Source: a virus
Lineage: Duplodnaviria; Caudoviricetes
Strand: one strand, 5' to 3'
IMG/VR virus record: IMGVR_UViG_3300044260_000021
Location: 1 to 53,879 of that record
Length of the DNA: 53,879 nt
Each line of letters opens with the position of its first letter. The first letter of the stretch is position 1. The notes below the pieces were generated by a model. That model was given only the letters and a program-made list of their open reading frames with translations. It was not told where the DNA came from and did no database searches. The translations under genes and the position numbers were made by a program. Of this stretch, positions 43,139 through 52,404 are shown piece after piece.

Positions 43139-45856
43139 GTGTCCACCACCGTGACCCGGACAAACCTTGCCACTAACCCGTCGTTCGAAGCGTCGGGCAG
43201 CACGGCCGAACTGCGCCGTAACTATGTGGAGAACCCCCGCGCGGTCAGCGCGACGACCGGTTGGGGCTATCAGACCGGCACCGGAGAATCAACGACGGTC
43301 ACGAACAGCAACGCGACCGGGCCGGGCCAACTCCCGGGCATGATTACGGCAACGGTCACGACGGCCAAGACAGCGGGTAACTCCGGTTTCTACCGCAATG
43401 AAACAATCAGTGGCGTCACGAACGACTCGTGGACGGCATCGGTATGGGTCCGGTCGTCCGTGGCGATCACGCTGGGCCTGAACGTCACCGTGAAGTCCGC
43501 GGGCGCTACGGTCACGGTGGCGTCCGGCCCGCAGGTCACTCTGGTCGCCAACACATGGTCACGGCTGTCCGCAACCGTGACCAGTACCGGGGCCTATGAC
43601 ACGGTGCAGGCGTGGGCCATCATGAACAGCGGCCAGATTCTCCCCGCCGCGGCCACGTTCGACGCCGCGCAGATGCTCATCGAGGCTGGCACCGTCGTGG
43701 GGTCCTACTTCGACGGGGACTACCCGGCGCCGCTGCGCACGAACTGGGCCAAAAATCCGGAAGCGGTGACCTCCGCTACCGGTTTCGGCGTATACCAGGC
43801 GGGAACCGGAGAAACCGGGACCACGACGTTCGTCTCCGGCGCGTCTGACGGGCCTATCCCGGCCATTACCACCTACGGACGGCAGGCCGTCACGGCCGCC
43901 AAGACAGCCGGTTCCACCGGCTGGCTGTGCAACGCCGGGACCTATCGCGGACCGGCGCAGGGAAACGCCGGGGACACTCTCTACGTCTCGGTATGGGTCC
44001 GGTCGTCCGTGGCTACCTCCATCATCATGAAGGCCTACGCCTACACCAAAACGGGAACCTCCATCAACTCTGCGGACTCCGGGACGTTCACACTCCCGGC
44101 GAACACATGGGTCCGGGTATCGTCCAGCGTGGTCGCCGCCGCCGATTACGACTCCATCGCGTGGTTTGCCTACATGCCAGCCGCCACCATTCTCCCGGTG
44201 GGCGCCACGCTGGACGCCACCGGGTCGCTGTTGGAAAACGCGCCCAGTGACGGTTCCTACTTTTCCGGGACCACGGCGAGTACGTCGGGCATCACTTACG
44301 CGTGGTTCGGTACGGCGAATAACTCCGCGTCGCTGCTGCTGGATAATGACCTGACGTTCGCGTGGACCGGGACCGCGGACGCATCCGCCTCCACCCTGAC
44401 CGTACGCAAGGTTACCGGAGTCGGCGGCTCCGGACTCACGTACCGCTCCTCATGGTGGGCAAACAACGGGACCTATTCGCTCCGACAGCCAGCAACCGGG
44501 CTCTACAGTGAATTTGGGATCACCGGGCTAACGCCCGGGCAGACGTACACGGTCATGGCGACCAGCTACAGCACAGCACCAATCGTCGGGACCGGGAACC
44601 GCCGCATGGTCCAGATCCGCGCCTACAGCTCCGCGAACGCCACCCCGCTCACGGTCGTGGCACCGGCCGGGACCGTGGGTGCCTACACCCACACGGGGAC
44701 GTTTGTTTGCCCGTCCGACGCGACCAGCTACGCTGTCCGGTTTACCCCGGACCAGTCAGGCGGCACGGACGTGTGGTGGGATTCCGCCATGGTCGTGCCA
44801 GGGACCTACACCGGCCCCTACTTCGACGGCAACACGCCGCCCTTCACGAACACCGCCTACACCCCGGCCGCGCAGACCTCGTTCACGTGGACGGGCGCAG
44901 TCAACGGGTCCACGTCCGTGCAGACGGACATCGTGCCGCTGCAGAACTACCAGGTGCAGCTGCCCGGGGCCGTGATCGTGGGCGCCGGTACGGGCGTGAA
45001 CCTGCTGTCCGTCACCGGCCTGCGGGACCTCGCGGCGATCCGGTCCGGCGACGAATCCCGGCCGCTGGCCGACGGCGCCTACCCGGGCCTGGCCTACCTG
45101 GGCGAACGCGTCCTGACGATCAAATGGGACCTGACCATGGCGGCCGGGCTGGAAACCGGACTGCAGGTACTGTCCGCCGGTTTCCAGAACGTGCCCGACC
45201 CGTCCGCGGTCTGCATGACTGCCGGGGACTACCTGCGGCAGCAGGCAGGCATCGGGGCGACCAAACCCGTGTCGGCGCTGCAGCTGCAACTGCCTGGCAG
45301 GGCCGTGGCGCTGATGGTGTTCGGGCGGCCGACGAAACACGCGGTCCCGATCGACCTGGACTACCAGTGGGGACAGGCCCACCCGGTGTCCGAATGGACC
45401 AGCCCGGACGGCGTGATCTACGACGCCACAGTGGTGCCCGGCACTACCACCCTGCCGTCGCCCACGTCGGGCCTGACCTGGGCCGCCGCGTTCCCGTGGA
45501 CGTTCGGTTCGTCCGCTGGCGGGTCGCTGTCCCTGAGCAACTCGGGGAACTACCCGGCGAACCCGCTATTCGTGATCCAAGGGCCGGTTTCCTACCCGAA
45601 GATCACGAACACGGTAACGGGCCAGTTCGTGTACCTGAACATCGTGCTGGGCGCCGCGGACACGCTCGTGGTGGACCACCAGGCCGGGACCGTGACGCTG
45701 AACGCGACGGCGAACCGTAACAACGCCGTGGCCGCGGGGTCGTCGTTTTTCACCCTCGCGCCGGGCACAACCAGCGTCGGTTTCTCGTCCGCTGATTCGT
45801 CCGCCGTCGCGGGCACCCTGACCGGCTACCTGCTGCCGACCTACTCAACCGTCTAA
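43139..45856 (+). CDS. Distal tail protein with N-terminal carbohydrate-binding-like modules
   Basis: TNLATNPSFE/YFDG repeats; C-terminal Dit motifs (PWTF, NSGNYPANP.F.I.GP, FFTLAPG). Confidence 0.8.
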   Translation: MSTTVTRTNLATNPSFEASGSTAELRRNYVENPRAVSATTGWGYQTGTGESTTVTNSNATGPGQLPGMITATVTTAKTAGNSGFYRNETISGVTNDSWTASVWVRSSVAITLGLNVTVKSAGATVTVASGPQVTLVANTWSRLSATVTSTGAYDTVQAWAIMNSGQILPAAATFDAAQMLIEAGTVVGSYFDGDYPAPLRTNWAKNPEAVTSATGFGVYQAGTGETGTTTFVSGASDGPIPAITTYGRQAVTAAKTAGSTGWLCNAGTYRGPAQGNAGDTLYVSVWVRSSVATSIIMKAYAYTKTGTSINSADSGTFTLPANTWVRVSSSVVAAADYDSIAWFAYMPAATILPVGATLDATGSLLENAPSDGSYFSGTTASTSGITYAWFGTANNSASLLLDNDLTFAWTGTADASASTLTVRKVTGVGGSGLTYRSSWWANNGTYSLRQPATGLYSEFGITGLTPGQTYTVMATSYSTAPIVGTGNRRMVQIRAYSSANATPLTVVAPAGTVGAYTHTGTFVCPSDATSYAVRFTPDQSGGTDVWWDSAMVVPGTYTGPYFDGNTPPFTNTAYTPAAQTSFTWTGAVNGSTSVQTDIVPLQNYQVQLPGAVIVGAGTGVNLLSVTGLRDLAAIRSGDESRPLADGAYPGLAYLGERVLTIKWDLTMAAGLETGLQVLSAGFQNVPDPSAVCMTAGDYLRQQAGIGATKPVSALQLQLPGRAVALMVFGRPTKHAVPIDLDYQWGQAHPVSEWTSPDGVIYDATVVPGTTTLPSPTSGLTWAAAFPWTFGSSAGGSLSLSNSGNYPANPLFVIQGPVSYPKITNTVTGQFVYLNIVLGAADTLVVDHQAGTVTLNATANRNNAVAAGSSFFTLAPGTTSVGFSSADSSAVAGTLTGYLLPTYSTV

Positions 45857-45868
45857 GGAGTCCTCGCC

Positions 45869-46984
45869 GTGGGCGATTACCGCGTGTCCGCTTGGGACAT
45901 CAACACGAACACCCTTTTGACGGACGTGCAGGCGTCGGGCCTGTCCTACAACGTCCGCATGAACGACGCCGGGGAATTCGGTTTCGGCGTGAACCTGGCC
46001 GACGCCGTGGCGCAGCAGTGCGCCCGGGTCCTGATGGACCTGCAGGGCAACCCGTTCAAAACGATTATCACCGCGAACGCGGGAACGTCGATTCTGTATT
46101 CCGGGATCGCGTGGACGACGAAGAAAAGCCCGAAGTCGTCCATGCTGCAGGTCGCCGGTAAGGCCATGCCGTCCTATTTCACTCAAAAGGTGATCGCGGC
46201 CAGCTACACCACGTCCATAGCCCCGGGGGCGCTGATCGCGCTTGCCCTGACAGATGCACAGTCGGACGGGTCCGGGTCGGACCGGCACGTGGCCCCGATC
46301 GTGCAGGGCCTGAACAGCCCGCCCAACGTCGTCCCGTCCTACAGCAAAAACCAGTACACGACCGTGGCGCAGGTGCTGGCGGACCAGACGGCGGCCATCA
46401 CGCCCGGGTCCGGCGGCGTGGACTACTTCATGACCGATTCGTTCGTGAACGGCGCCCCGTCGCACCAGCTGATCATCACCAGCCCGCGCTGCGGCCGGGA
46501 CCAGAACACGTCCGGCCTGTCCGTGAACTTGCGGCAGGCCCTGGACTGGGAGTGGCCGACGGACGCCATGCAGTCCGGCAACCACCTGATCGTGGTGGGG
46601 TCCGGCACGGGCGGTTCCCAGCCCGTCGCGACCGCGGACGACCCCGCGGGCCGCGGCGGGCAGGGCCAGCCGCCCCGCCTGGACATGGTGCTGCAGTATT
46701 CGCAGATCAGCAACCAGGCGCAGCTGCAGTCCATCGCGAACGGCGCCGCCCAGCAGTTCGGCAAGCCGGTGGCGGCCCCTACCGTGACAATCCCGGCGGA
46801 CTACCCGACCTGCGCGCTGGGCGTCTTCCAGATCGGGGACGACGTGCGCGTGCGTTCCGGGCCGTCGATCTACTTCCCCAACGGCCTGGACCAGTGGTGG
46901 CGGATCGTCGCCTACAAGGTCGAAATCCCGGACCAGGGCGTGGCGAAAGTGACCCTGACCCTGAACCCGCCCCCCGTCTTCTAA
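45869..46984 (+). CDS. Minor tail (hub/Tal-like) protein
   Basis: Follows Dit; FQIGDDVRV...WWRIVAY. Confidence 0.75.
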   Translation: MGDYRVSAWDINTNTLLTDVQASGLSYNVRMNDAGEFGFGVNLADAVAQQCARVLMDLQGNPFKTIITANAGTSILYSGIAWTTKKSPKSSMLQVAGKAMPSYFTQKVIAASYTTSIAPGALIALALTDAQSDGSGSDRHVAPIVQGLNSPPNVVPSYSKNQYTTVAQVLADQTAAITPGSGGVDYFMTDSFVNGAPSHQLIITSPRCGRDQNTSGLSVNLRQALDWEWPTDAMQSGNHLIVVGSGTGGSQPVATADDPAGRGGQGQPPRLDMVLQYSQISNQAQLQSIANGAAQQFGKPVAAPTVTIPADYPTCALGVFQIGDDVRVRSGPSIYFPNGLDQWWRIVAYKVEIPDQGVAKVTLTLNPPPVF

Positions 46985-46994
46985 GGAACCCCCC

Positions 46995-48011
46995 ATGGTA
47001 AACGCGAATCTTGGCACCGACTACCAGCTGGGGCAGCGGCTGGCGAACATTGAGCGGCAGCTGCGGAACCTTGCCACGTCCCCGGTGCTGCTGAACGCGT
47101 CCACCGGGCAGACCGGCGGCAAGGGCCTTTCGACGGACATTGACGGGCTGCACCTGTTCACCCCGTCCGGGCTTGAAGTGATCCGCCTTGCCACGTCGAA
47201 CGGCACATTCTACGCGTTCGGGCAGAACGGGCAGGTCACGGTCAGCGGCGGCGCTGACATCGGCTCTACGGTCCCCCTGATCGAATTTCAAACGACCGAC
47301 GGCGGCGGGGTCCAGTCCTACCCGGGCATGCTCTACCAGTCCTACAACGAACTGATCATCCAAGGTCCGAAGACCACCACGAACAGTTCGTCCAACGCGA
47401 TCCTGTCCGCGAAGGACACGGGCGCGTGGGCGAAGGCTTACGGCACGTCCGGGTCCGGCGTGGCCTACCTGAACGTCACAAACGCGGGCCTGTTCTACCT
47501 GGGCAACTGGGCGGGCACGTGCGGCGTGTATACGTCGGCGCAGAACGGCCCCGTCCTGGTGATCGGCGGCCTGACGGTTTCCGGTACTAAGAACTTCGTC
47601 ATGGACCACCCGACGCAGCCGGGCTACATGCTCAAACACGCGTCCACCGAATCGCCGCACAACGGTGTCGAATACTGGGGCACCGTCACCCTGGACGCGA
47701 ACGGCGAAGCGGTCGTGACCCTGCCGGACTACTTCGAAGCCCTCACGTACCCGGAGAACCGGAACATTCAATTGACGGCGATCGGCCGCACGTCGTGGCC
47801 GGTGTCGGCGGACCGGATCAGCGGCGGCAGTTTCACCGTCTACGGGGCCGCGGGCCAGGACGTGGACTGGCTGGTAAAGGCTGTCCGCCGGTCCACGAAC
47901 CCGGATGAACCGATCGACTTTGACGTGGTGTCCGTGAAAGACACCGCTGCGCCCCCGCCGCCGCCGGACATGGAAATGGCGGCGCCATCGGCGCCGCCAT
48001 CAGCGGTTTAG
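46995..48011 (+). CDS. Minor tail protein
   Basis: LGQRLANIERQLRNL; GTKNFVMDHP...LKHASTESP...G.V.LP.YFEAL module. Confidence 0.75.
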   Translation: MVNANLGTDYQLGQRLANIERQLRNLATSPVLLNASTGQTGGKGLSTDIDGLHLFTPSGLEVIRLATSNGTFYAFGQNGQVTVSGGADIGSTVPLIEFQTTDGGGVQSYPGMLYQSYNELIIQGPKTTTNSSSNAILSAKDTGAWAKAYGTSGSGVAYLNVTNAGLFYLGNWAGTCGVYTSAQNGPVLVIGGLTVSGTKNFVMDHPTQPGYMLKHASTESPHNGVEYWGTVTLDANGEAVVTLPDYFEALTYPENRNIQLTAIGRTSWPVSADRISGGSFTVYGAAGQDVDWLVKAVRRSTNPDEPIDFDVVSVKDTAAPPPPPDMEMAAPSAPPSAV

Positions 48012-48502
48012 CGTCCCGGGGGCGGGGGCGGGTCCGCCGGGATGAACTTTGCGCTGGTCGTCCCTGCCACCAGTTCAGGGGACGGCGCCGGAACGTCGCT
48101 GGGCCGGTCCATCACGTAGGGCCGTCCGGCCGGGGCGGGGGCTTCCGCTGGCGGGGCGACCGGCGCGGGCGCTGCCGGTGCGGCAACGACGGGCGCAGGG
48201 GCCGGGGCTACCGGGGCGGCCACCACCGGGGCCGGTGCTGGGGCCGCCGGGGCGTCCACGACGGGCGCCGGGGCCGCCGGGGCGACCGTCGGAATGTCCG
48301 CGGGTGACGGCGTGGCCGTTGCCGTCGCGGTGTCCGTCGGCGCGGCCGTGGCCGTATCGGTCGGCGTGGCCGTCGCGGTCGTGGTGTCGGGCGCGGGCGT
48401 GCTGTCGGCGTTTGCCGTGGCGATCAGCCCGAAGGTCAGGCCACCGGCCAGCAGGACCGCGGCGCCGCCGCTCAGGGCGGCCAAAGTCGTTTTCTTTTCC
48501 AT
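48008..48502 (-). CDS. Secreted or membrane Pro/Ala/Thr-rich protein, antisense to the tail operon
   Basis: Signal peptide MEKKTTLAALSGGAAVLLAGGLTFGLIATANA|D; APAPAPVV repeats; TAATCT 7 nt before ATG; no sense-strand ORF fills the gap. Confidence 0.72.
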   Translation of the reverse strand: MEKKTTLAALSGGAAVLLAGGLTFGLIATANADSTPAPDTTTATATPTDTATAAPTDTATATATPSPADIPTVAPAAPAPVVDAPAAPAPAPVVAAPVAPAPAPVVAAPAAPAPVAPPAEAPAPAGRPYVMDRPSDVPAPSPELVAGTTSAKFIPADPPPPPGR

Positions 48503-48587
48503 GTTCACCAGATTAACCAACCCGGCCCCGAATTAAAAGCATTTCGGCCAATAACTTTACGAACCCTCACCTGTTAGGAGCCACCCC

Positions 48588-49505
48588 ATGGCTATTTCCG
48601 CCGTGCCTTTCGCGCTGCAAAACGTCCCGATCAACGCCGACGTGGTGCGCGAAGCCGTTTCCTCGCTGGTTATCAACGGCGGTGGCGTCGTGCAGTTCGG
48701 GGACTTCCCGGTGGCGCAGACCGGCACCCCGTCCATGGCCGTAACCGTCGGCGTGGGCCGCGCCTGGATTCCGGGCACGAACGTGTCGAACCTGTCCGGC
48801 ACGTCCTACAGCAAGCAGGGCATGTATTTCGTCCTGAACGACGCGGCCGTGACCCTGACCATTGCCACGGCGAACGCCACAAACCCCCGGATCGACGTGG
48901 TTTATGCGGTGATCCGCGACCAGGCTTACAGCGGGTCGAACAACGACGCGCAGCTGGCCGTCGCGACCGGCACCCCGGCCGCGTCCCCCACGGTTCCGTC
49001 GATCCCGTCTAACGCCATTTCGCTGGCACAGGTCGCCGTGGCCGCAAACGCCACGTCCATTGTCAACGCGAACATCAGCGTCCCGGCCGACGCGCTCACG
49101 AAGCATGCCGAATGGACCACCAGCGGCAACGGCCTTGCCACCAGCATCGTTTACAACCCGGGCGTCGCCACCTCCGTGGCCGGGTCCACCACTGACCACG
49201 ACTTTTACACCTTCGCGGCGAACTTTGGTATCCAGCCCGCGCAGTCCGGCGTCTACACGGTCACGGTCACGCAGAAATGGTCCGCCGCGATCGCGTCCGG
49301 CACCCGCGCGTTCCTGCAGCTGACTTCCGGCGCGCTGGGCGCGGGCACGCAGTACACCCGCAACTCTTGGGGCGCCGCGGAAGACACCTGCACCACCAGC
49401 GCGACCGTCTACATTCCCGCCGGGTCCGCGATCTACCCCAGCATCTACCAGGCCGCGGGCACCCTGAACGTGTCCGGCCTTGTCACCATCACAAAGGTGG
49501 GCTGA
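48588..49505 (+). CDS. Minor tail / receptor-binding protein
   Basis: PSMAVTVGVGRA...NPRIDVVYA...GTPAASP..P.IP...ISLAQV. Confidence 0.78.
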   Translation: MAISAVPFALQNVPINADVVREAVSSLVINGGGVVQFGDFPVAQTGTPSMAVTVGVGRAWIPGTNVSNLSGTSYSKQGMYFVLNDAAVTLTIATANATNPRIDVVYAVIRDQAYSGSNNDAQLAVATGTPAASPTVPSIPSNAISLAQVAVAANATSIVNANISVPADALTKHAEWTTSGNGLATSIVYNPGVATSVAGSTTDHDFYTFAANFGIQPAQSGVYTVTVTQKWSAAIASGTRAFLQLTSGALGAGTQYTRNSWGAAEDTCTTSATVYIPAGSAIYPSIYQAAGTLNVSGLVTITKVG

Positions 49506-49508
49506 CCC

Positions 49509-49961
49509 GTGGACATTCTGGCCGCCATTTTTTCCGACCCCGTAACCCAAGTAGTAGGCGCCTTGACTGCCATCGGCACATTTCTGACGCTCGTGTTCAA
49601 AGCCGTAAAAGGCTGGCGCGCTTTCAAGCGCAAGTGGCGCACGAACCTGGACAACTTTTTCAGCGACTGGAACGGCGTCCCGGACCGGCCCGGCGTGACC
49701 GGACGGCCGGGCGTGCTGGTCCGCATGCAGGCCATAGAACAGGGCCAGACGGGCACCGCCCGGGAACTGGCCGAACAGTCCACCACGCTCCGGGAAATCG
49801 TCACCGTGCTGGCGATCCACGGCGACAAAATCGACGCGATCGACCACGAACTGCACCCGAACAGCGGAAAGTCCCTGCGCGACGACCTGAACCGGCTTAT
49901 CGCCCACACGGGCGTGACGGTCAACGTCACCGCCGCCCCGGCGCCGCCGGACACCCCCTAG
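49509..49961 (+). CDS. Membrane protein of the lysis region
   Basis: N-terminal TM segment; DWNG...RPG...PGV..R; HPNSGKSLRD. Confidence 0.7.
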   Translation: MDILAAIFSDPVTQVVGALTAIGTFLTLVFKAVKGWRAFKRKWRTNLDNFFSDWNGVPDRPGVTGRPGVLVRMQAIEQGQTGTARELAEQSTTLREIVTVLAIHGDKIDAIDHELHPNSGKSLRDDLNRLIAHTGVTVNVTAAPAPPDTP

Positions 49962-49971
49962 GAGGCCTAGC

Positions 49972-51060
49972 ATGTCATTTCTTACCGGCATTGATACATC
50001 GTCCTGGCAGGCCGGAATCGGCACGGTTCCCGCTGACTTCCGCATTGTCAAGACCACGGGCGGAACCGCCTACGTGAACCCGGCCGCGGACGCCCAGTTC
50101 AGGGGCGCCCGCGCCGCCGGGCAGCGCACCGGCATTTACCACTTCGCCCACGAAACCGGGTGCGCCGGGTCCGCGGCTGCTGAGGCCGCGCACTTCGTGG
50201 CCGCGTCCGCCCCGTACCTGGACGGCCGGACGCTGCTGGCGCTGGACTTCGAATCAGACAACCAGTTGGACGTGGGCTGGGCGCTGGCGTGGCTGAACGC
50301 CGTCCACGACGCCACGGGCGTCCGGCCGCTGCTGTACCTGAATAGTACGGCACTGCGCGGCGCGGACTGGTCCCCGGTCTGGAACGCCGGTTACGGGCTG
50401 TGGCTGGCCTGGTATGCGGTCACGACCGCCACCCATGGTTACAACGACTTTCTAGGCCGCCCGGCCGCCACCACCACCCCGCCGCTGCGCTGGGGGCCTT
50501 ACGCCCCGGCCATGTGGCAGTTCACGTCCACGGCGCAGCTGCCCGGCTGGTCCGGCAGCCTGGACGCCAACGTTTTCTATGGCGACGGCGCGGCGTGGGA
50601 CGCCTATTGCGGCGCCGGAACCATCACCCCGCAAGGCACCATCACAACCCCGCAGGAGGAATCCATGTCTCAGGCCGACGTAGACGCGATCTACAAATTC
50701 ACCACGACCCTGTTTGAGCAGTACCACGCGGCTACCCGGGCCGCGATCATCAACGAACTGAAAGTTTGGGTGCAGGGCCAGGACAACGCGACCGGGGACC
50801 GGGAAATTCTGGAAACCCGGGCGCAGGTCGCCACCGTCCCCAGTGCCGTTCTGAACCAGACGTTCACGCTGTCCGACGGCACGAAAACGAACCTGGCCGG
50901 GCTGCTGGACCAGCTGCACACCCGTGCCCTGGCCCCTGCGCCTGCCACCGTCGTGAACAACGCGGCGCCGTTCGACGTGGACGCGCTCGTGGCCCGCCTG
51001 AAAGCCGAACTGCCCCCGGCCATCCGTGCCGACATCGCCGCCAAACTGACCAAACCCTGA
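49972..51060 (+). CDS. Endolysin, GH25 muramidase
   Basis: GIDTSSWQ, KTTGG..YVNP, GIYHFA, LALDFE, LWLAWY, WQFTS, LDAN. Confidence 0.93.
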   Translation: MSFLTGIDTSSWQAGIGTVPADFRIVKTTGGTAYVNPAADAQFRGARAAGQRTGIYHFAHETGCAGSAAAEAAHFVAASAPYLDGRTLLALDFESDNQLDVGWALAWLNAVHDATGVRPLLYLNSTALRGADWSPVWNAGYGLWLAWYAVTTATHGYNDFLGRPAATTTPPLRWGPYAPAMWQFTSTAQLPGWSGSLDANVFYGDGAAWDAYCGAGTITPQGTITTPQEESMSQADVDAIYKFTTTLFEQYHAATRAAIINELKVWVQGQDNATGDREILETRAQVATVPSAVLNQTFTLSDGTKTNLAGLLDQLHTRALAPAPATVVNNAAPFDVDALVARLKAELPPAIRADIAAKLTKP

Positions 51061-51073
51061 AAGTAGGAACCCC

Positions 51074-51520
51074 ATGTTTTCCACCGTTTTCTGGAAGGCC
51101 GCGGCAGACCGCGCCATTCGCACCTTCGCGCAGACCATCCTGGCCCTGATGGGCACGGGCGCGGTCGGCATCACGAACCTGGACTGGCACAGTGACCTGT
51201 CCGTGGCTGCCACGGCCACGCTGGCGTCGCTGCTGACCAGCATTGTGAGCCTGTCGCCCATCGTGCCGCAGACCCTTTCGCCGCTGCCGCCGCTCCCGCC
51301 CGTGCCTGCGCCTGATGCTGTCGCCGTGAACGCGCCCGCTACCGTTGCTGAACCTGTCGCCCCTGCCGCCGTCCCGACCGCCCCCGCCGACGCTGCACCG
51401 TCCGGCGGTGGCCTGGCGTCCAAGCTGGCAGCCCTCACCGCTGCGGCCCCGGTCGTGGCAGTCTACGAAGCACCGGCCCCGGCCGACGCCCCCGCCCCGG
51501 ACCCTGCGCCCGCGCAGTAG
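51074..51520 (+). CDS. Holin (r1t-like) with Pro/Ala tail
   Basis: FWKAAADRAIRTFAQT...DW...LS.A..A.L.SLLTSI. Confidence 0.88.
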   Translation: MFSTVFWKAAADRAIRTFAQTILALMGTGAVGITNLDWHSDLSVAATATLASLLTSIVSLSPIVPQTLSPLPPLPPVPAPDAVAVNAPATVAEPVAPAAVPTAPADAAPSGGGLASKLAALTAAAPVVAVYEAPAPADAPAPDPAPAQ

Positions 51521-51534
51521 CAACCCCTGAAAAT

Positions 51535-51575
51535 GCCCCCGGCATCACGTTACTGTGATGGCCGGGGGCTTTTTT
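51535..51575 (+). terminator. Late operon terminator
   Basis: GCCCCCGGC...GCCGGGGGC-TTTTTT. Confidence 0.8.
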
Positions 51576-51717
51576 CGTTTCCCTCAACGTAGTGTTTGAG
51601 CGCTTCGCGGATCACGTCACTCAGGCTTTCCCCGCGCTCTGCGGCAGCCGCCTTCGCGGCATCCCACAGCCCGTCATCGACGCGGACTGTGCGGTGAGTG
51701 GTGCCTCTAGTCGGCAT
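51550..51717 (-). CDS. Ribbon-helix-helix (Arc/CopG-like) repressor
   Basis: Manual translation MPTRGTTHRTVRVDDGLWDAAKAAAAERGESLSDVIREALKHYV. Confidence 0.85.
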   Translation of the reverse strand: MPTRGTTHRTVRVDDGLWDAAKAAAAERGESLSDVIREALKHYVEGNEKSPRPSQ

Positions 51718-51910
51718 GAGCGGACTTCCATTCTTCTATGAGCCACGCGTCAGCTTCGCTATAGTCAGTGGCGCGGTAGGCGCCTTGCATGATGGGGCGG
51801 CGCCTAATCATGTGACCGTTGTAGAGCCTCGCCCGCTCCGGCCCGTTCTCCATGTTGACGACCCACGCCGCGGCCTGCCGTGCGGGTGACTCGACGGACT
51901 GCCCGGCCAC
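51707..51910 (-). CDS. Hypothetical protein
   Basis: Middle gene of the leftward three-gene cassette. Confidence 0.6.
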   Translation of the reverse strand: MAGQSVESPARQAAAWVVNMENGPERARLYNGHMIRRRPIMQGAYRATDYSEADAWLIEEWKSAHAD

Positions 51911-51911
51911 C

Positions 51912-52088
51912 TTAGGCGACCTTTGAGCCGTAGCTGAGGCCGGTAGCCGCTACCACGCGGTACATGGTGCCCAGCTTGTTGATAGCTTCCAGCGCCGTGG
52001 CGCGGTCCATATCCTTCCAGAACACCTTGTTGAAGGCGTCTACGATGTCGAAGCTTTCAACTTCGGTGCTGAGGGAAAGGATCTGCAT
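51912..52088 (-). CDS. Hypothetical protein (58 aa)
   Basis: AGGAGG RBS before ATG 52088 (MQILSLSTEV...). Confidence 0.7.
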   Translation of the reverse strand: MQILSLSTEVESFDIVDAFNKVFWKDMDRATALEAINKLGTMYRVVAATGLSYGSKVA

Positions 52089-52132
52089 GGCTGCCTCCTG
52101 GCGGCTCGGTATCGGCTTGTTCCGATATGAAG

Positions 52133-52162
52133 AATCTATCAGGGTGTATATACACCTGTCAA
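52133..52162 (-). promoter_or_regulatory. Promoter with palindromic operator
   Basis: TTGACA-18 bp-TAGATT; GGTGTATATACACC at 52143-52156 in the spacer. Confidence 0.8.
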
Positions 52163-52176
52163 CACCCTGACGCCCT

Positions 52177-52397
52177 CGGGTGTAACTCGGGTGTTCCAAG
52201 TGTTCCCAAGGGTGCAACGTTCGTGCGTAGTTTGCCTAAGTTCGCACCCCGGCGAAAGCAGCGAAAAACCCCCAAAAACCCCTAGAAATCAAGGGGAAAG
52301 CGGGGGTTTGGGTGGATGGGTTGACCGATACGCCGGGATATGTGGGGAACCGGCCCTGACCTGCGGAAATGTACCTGCCGGGTGTTACTCGGGTGTT
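52177..52397. other. attP: arm-type repeats flanking a core resembling the 3' end of rnpB
   Basis: CGGGTGT(A/T)ACTCGGGTGTT at 52177-52195 and 52379-52397; minus strand 52343-52314 reads ACATATCCCGGCGTATCGGTCAACCCATCC; non-coding, downstream of int. Confidence 0.72.
52264..52309 (-). terminator. Terminator following the rnpB-like core
   Basis: Minus strand AAACCCCC..CCCC-TTGATTTCTA-GGGG..GGGGGTTTTT. Confidence 0.6.
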
Positions 52398-52404
52398 GGG
52401 AGAA

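Noticed and set aside
43430-44020. Diversity-generating retroelement TR/VR pair in the tail gene
   Set aside because: No reverse transcriptase is present, and both copies lie in frame in duplicated protein domains.
2935-50057. Many long antisense and alternate-frame ORFs (e.g. 2935-4251, 17440-18846, 26091-27758, 31722-33419, 33214-34815, 35990-37048, 37283-38800, 48567-50057)
   Set aside because: They overlap well-supported genes and have the composition expected of shadow frames in high-GC DNA.
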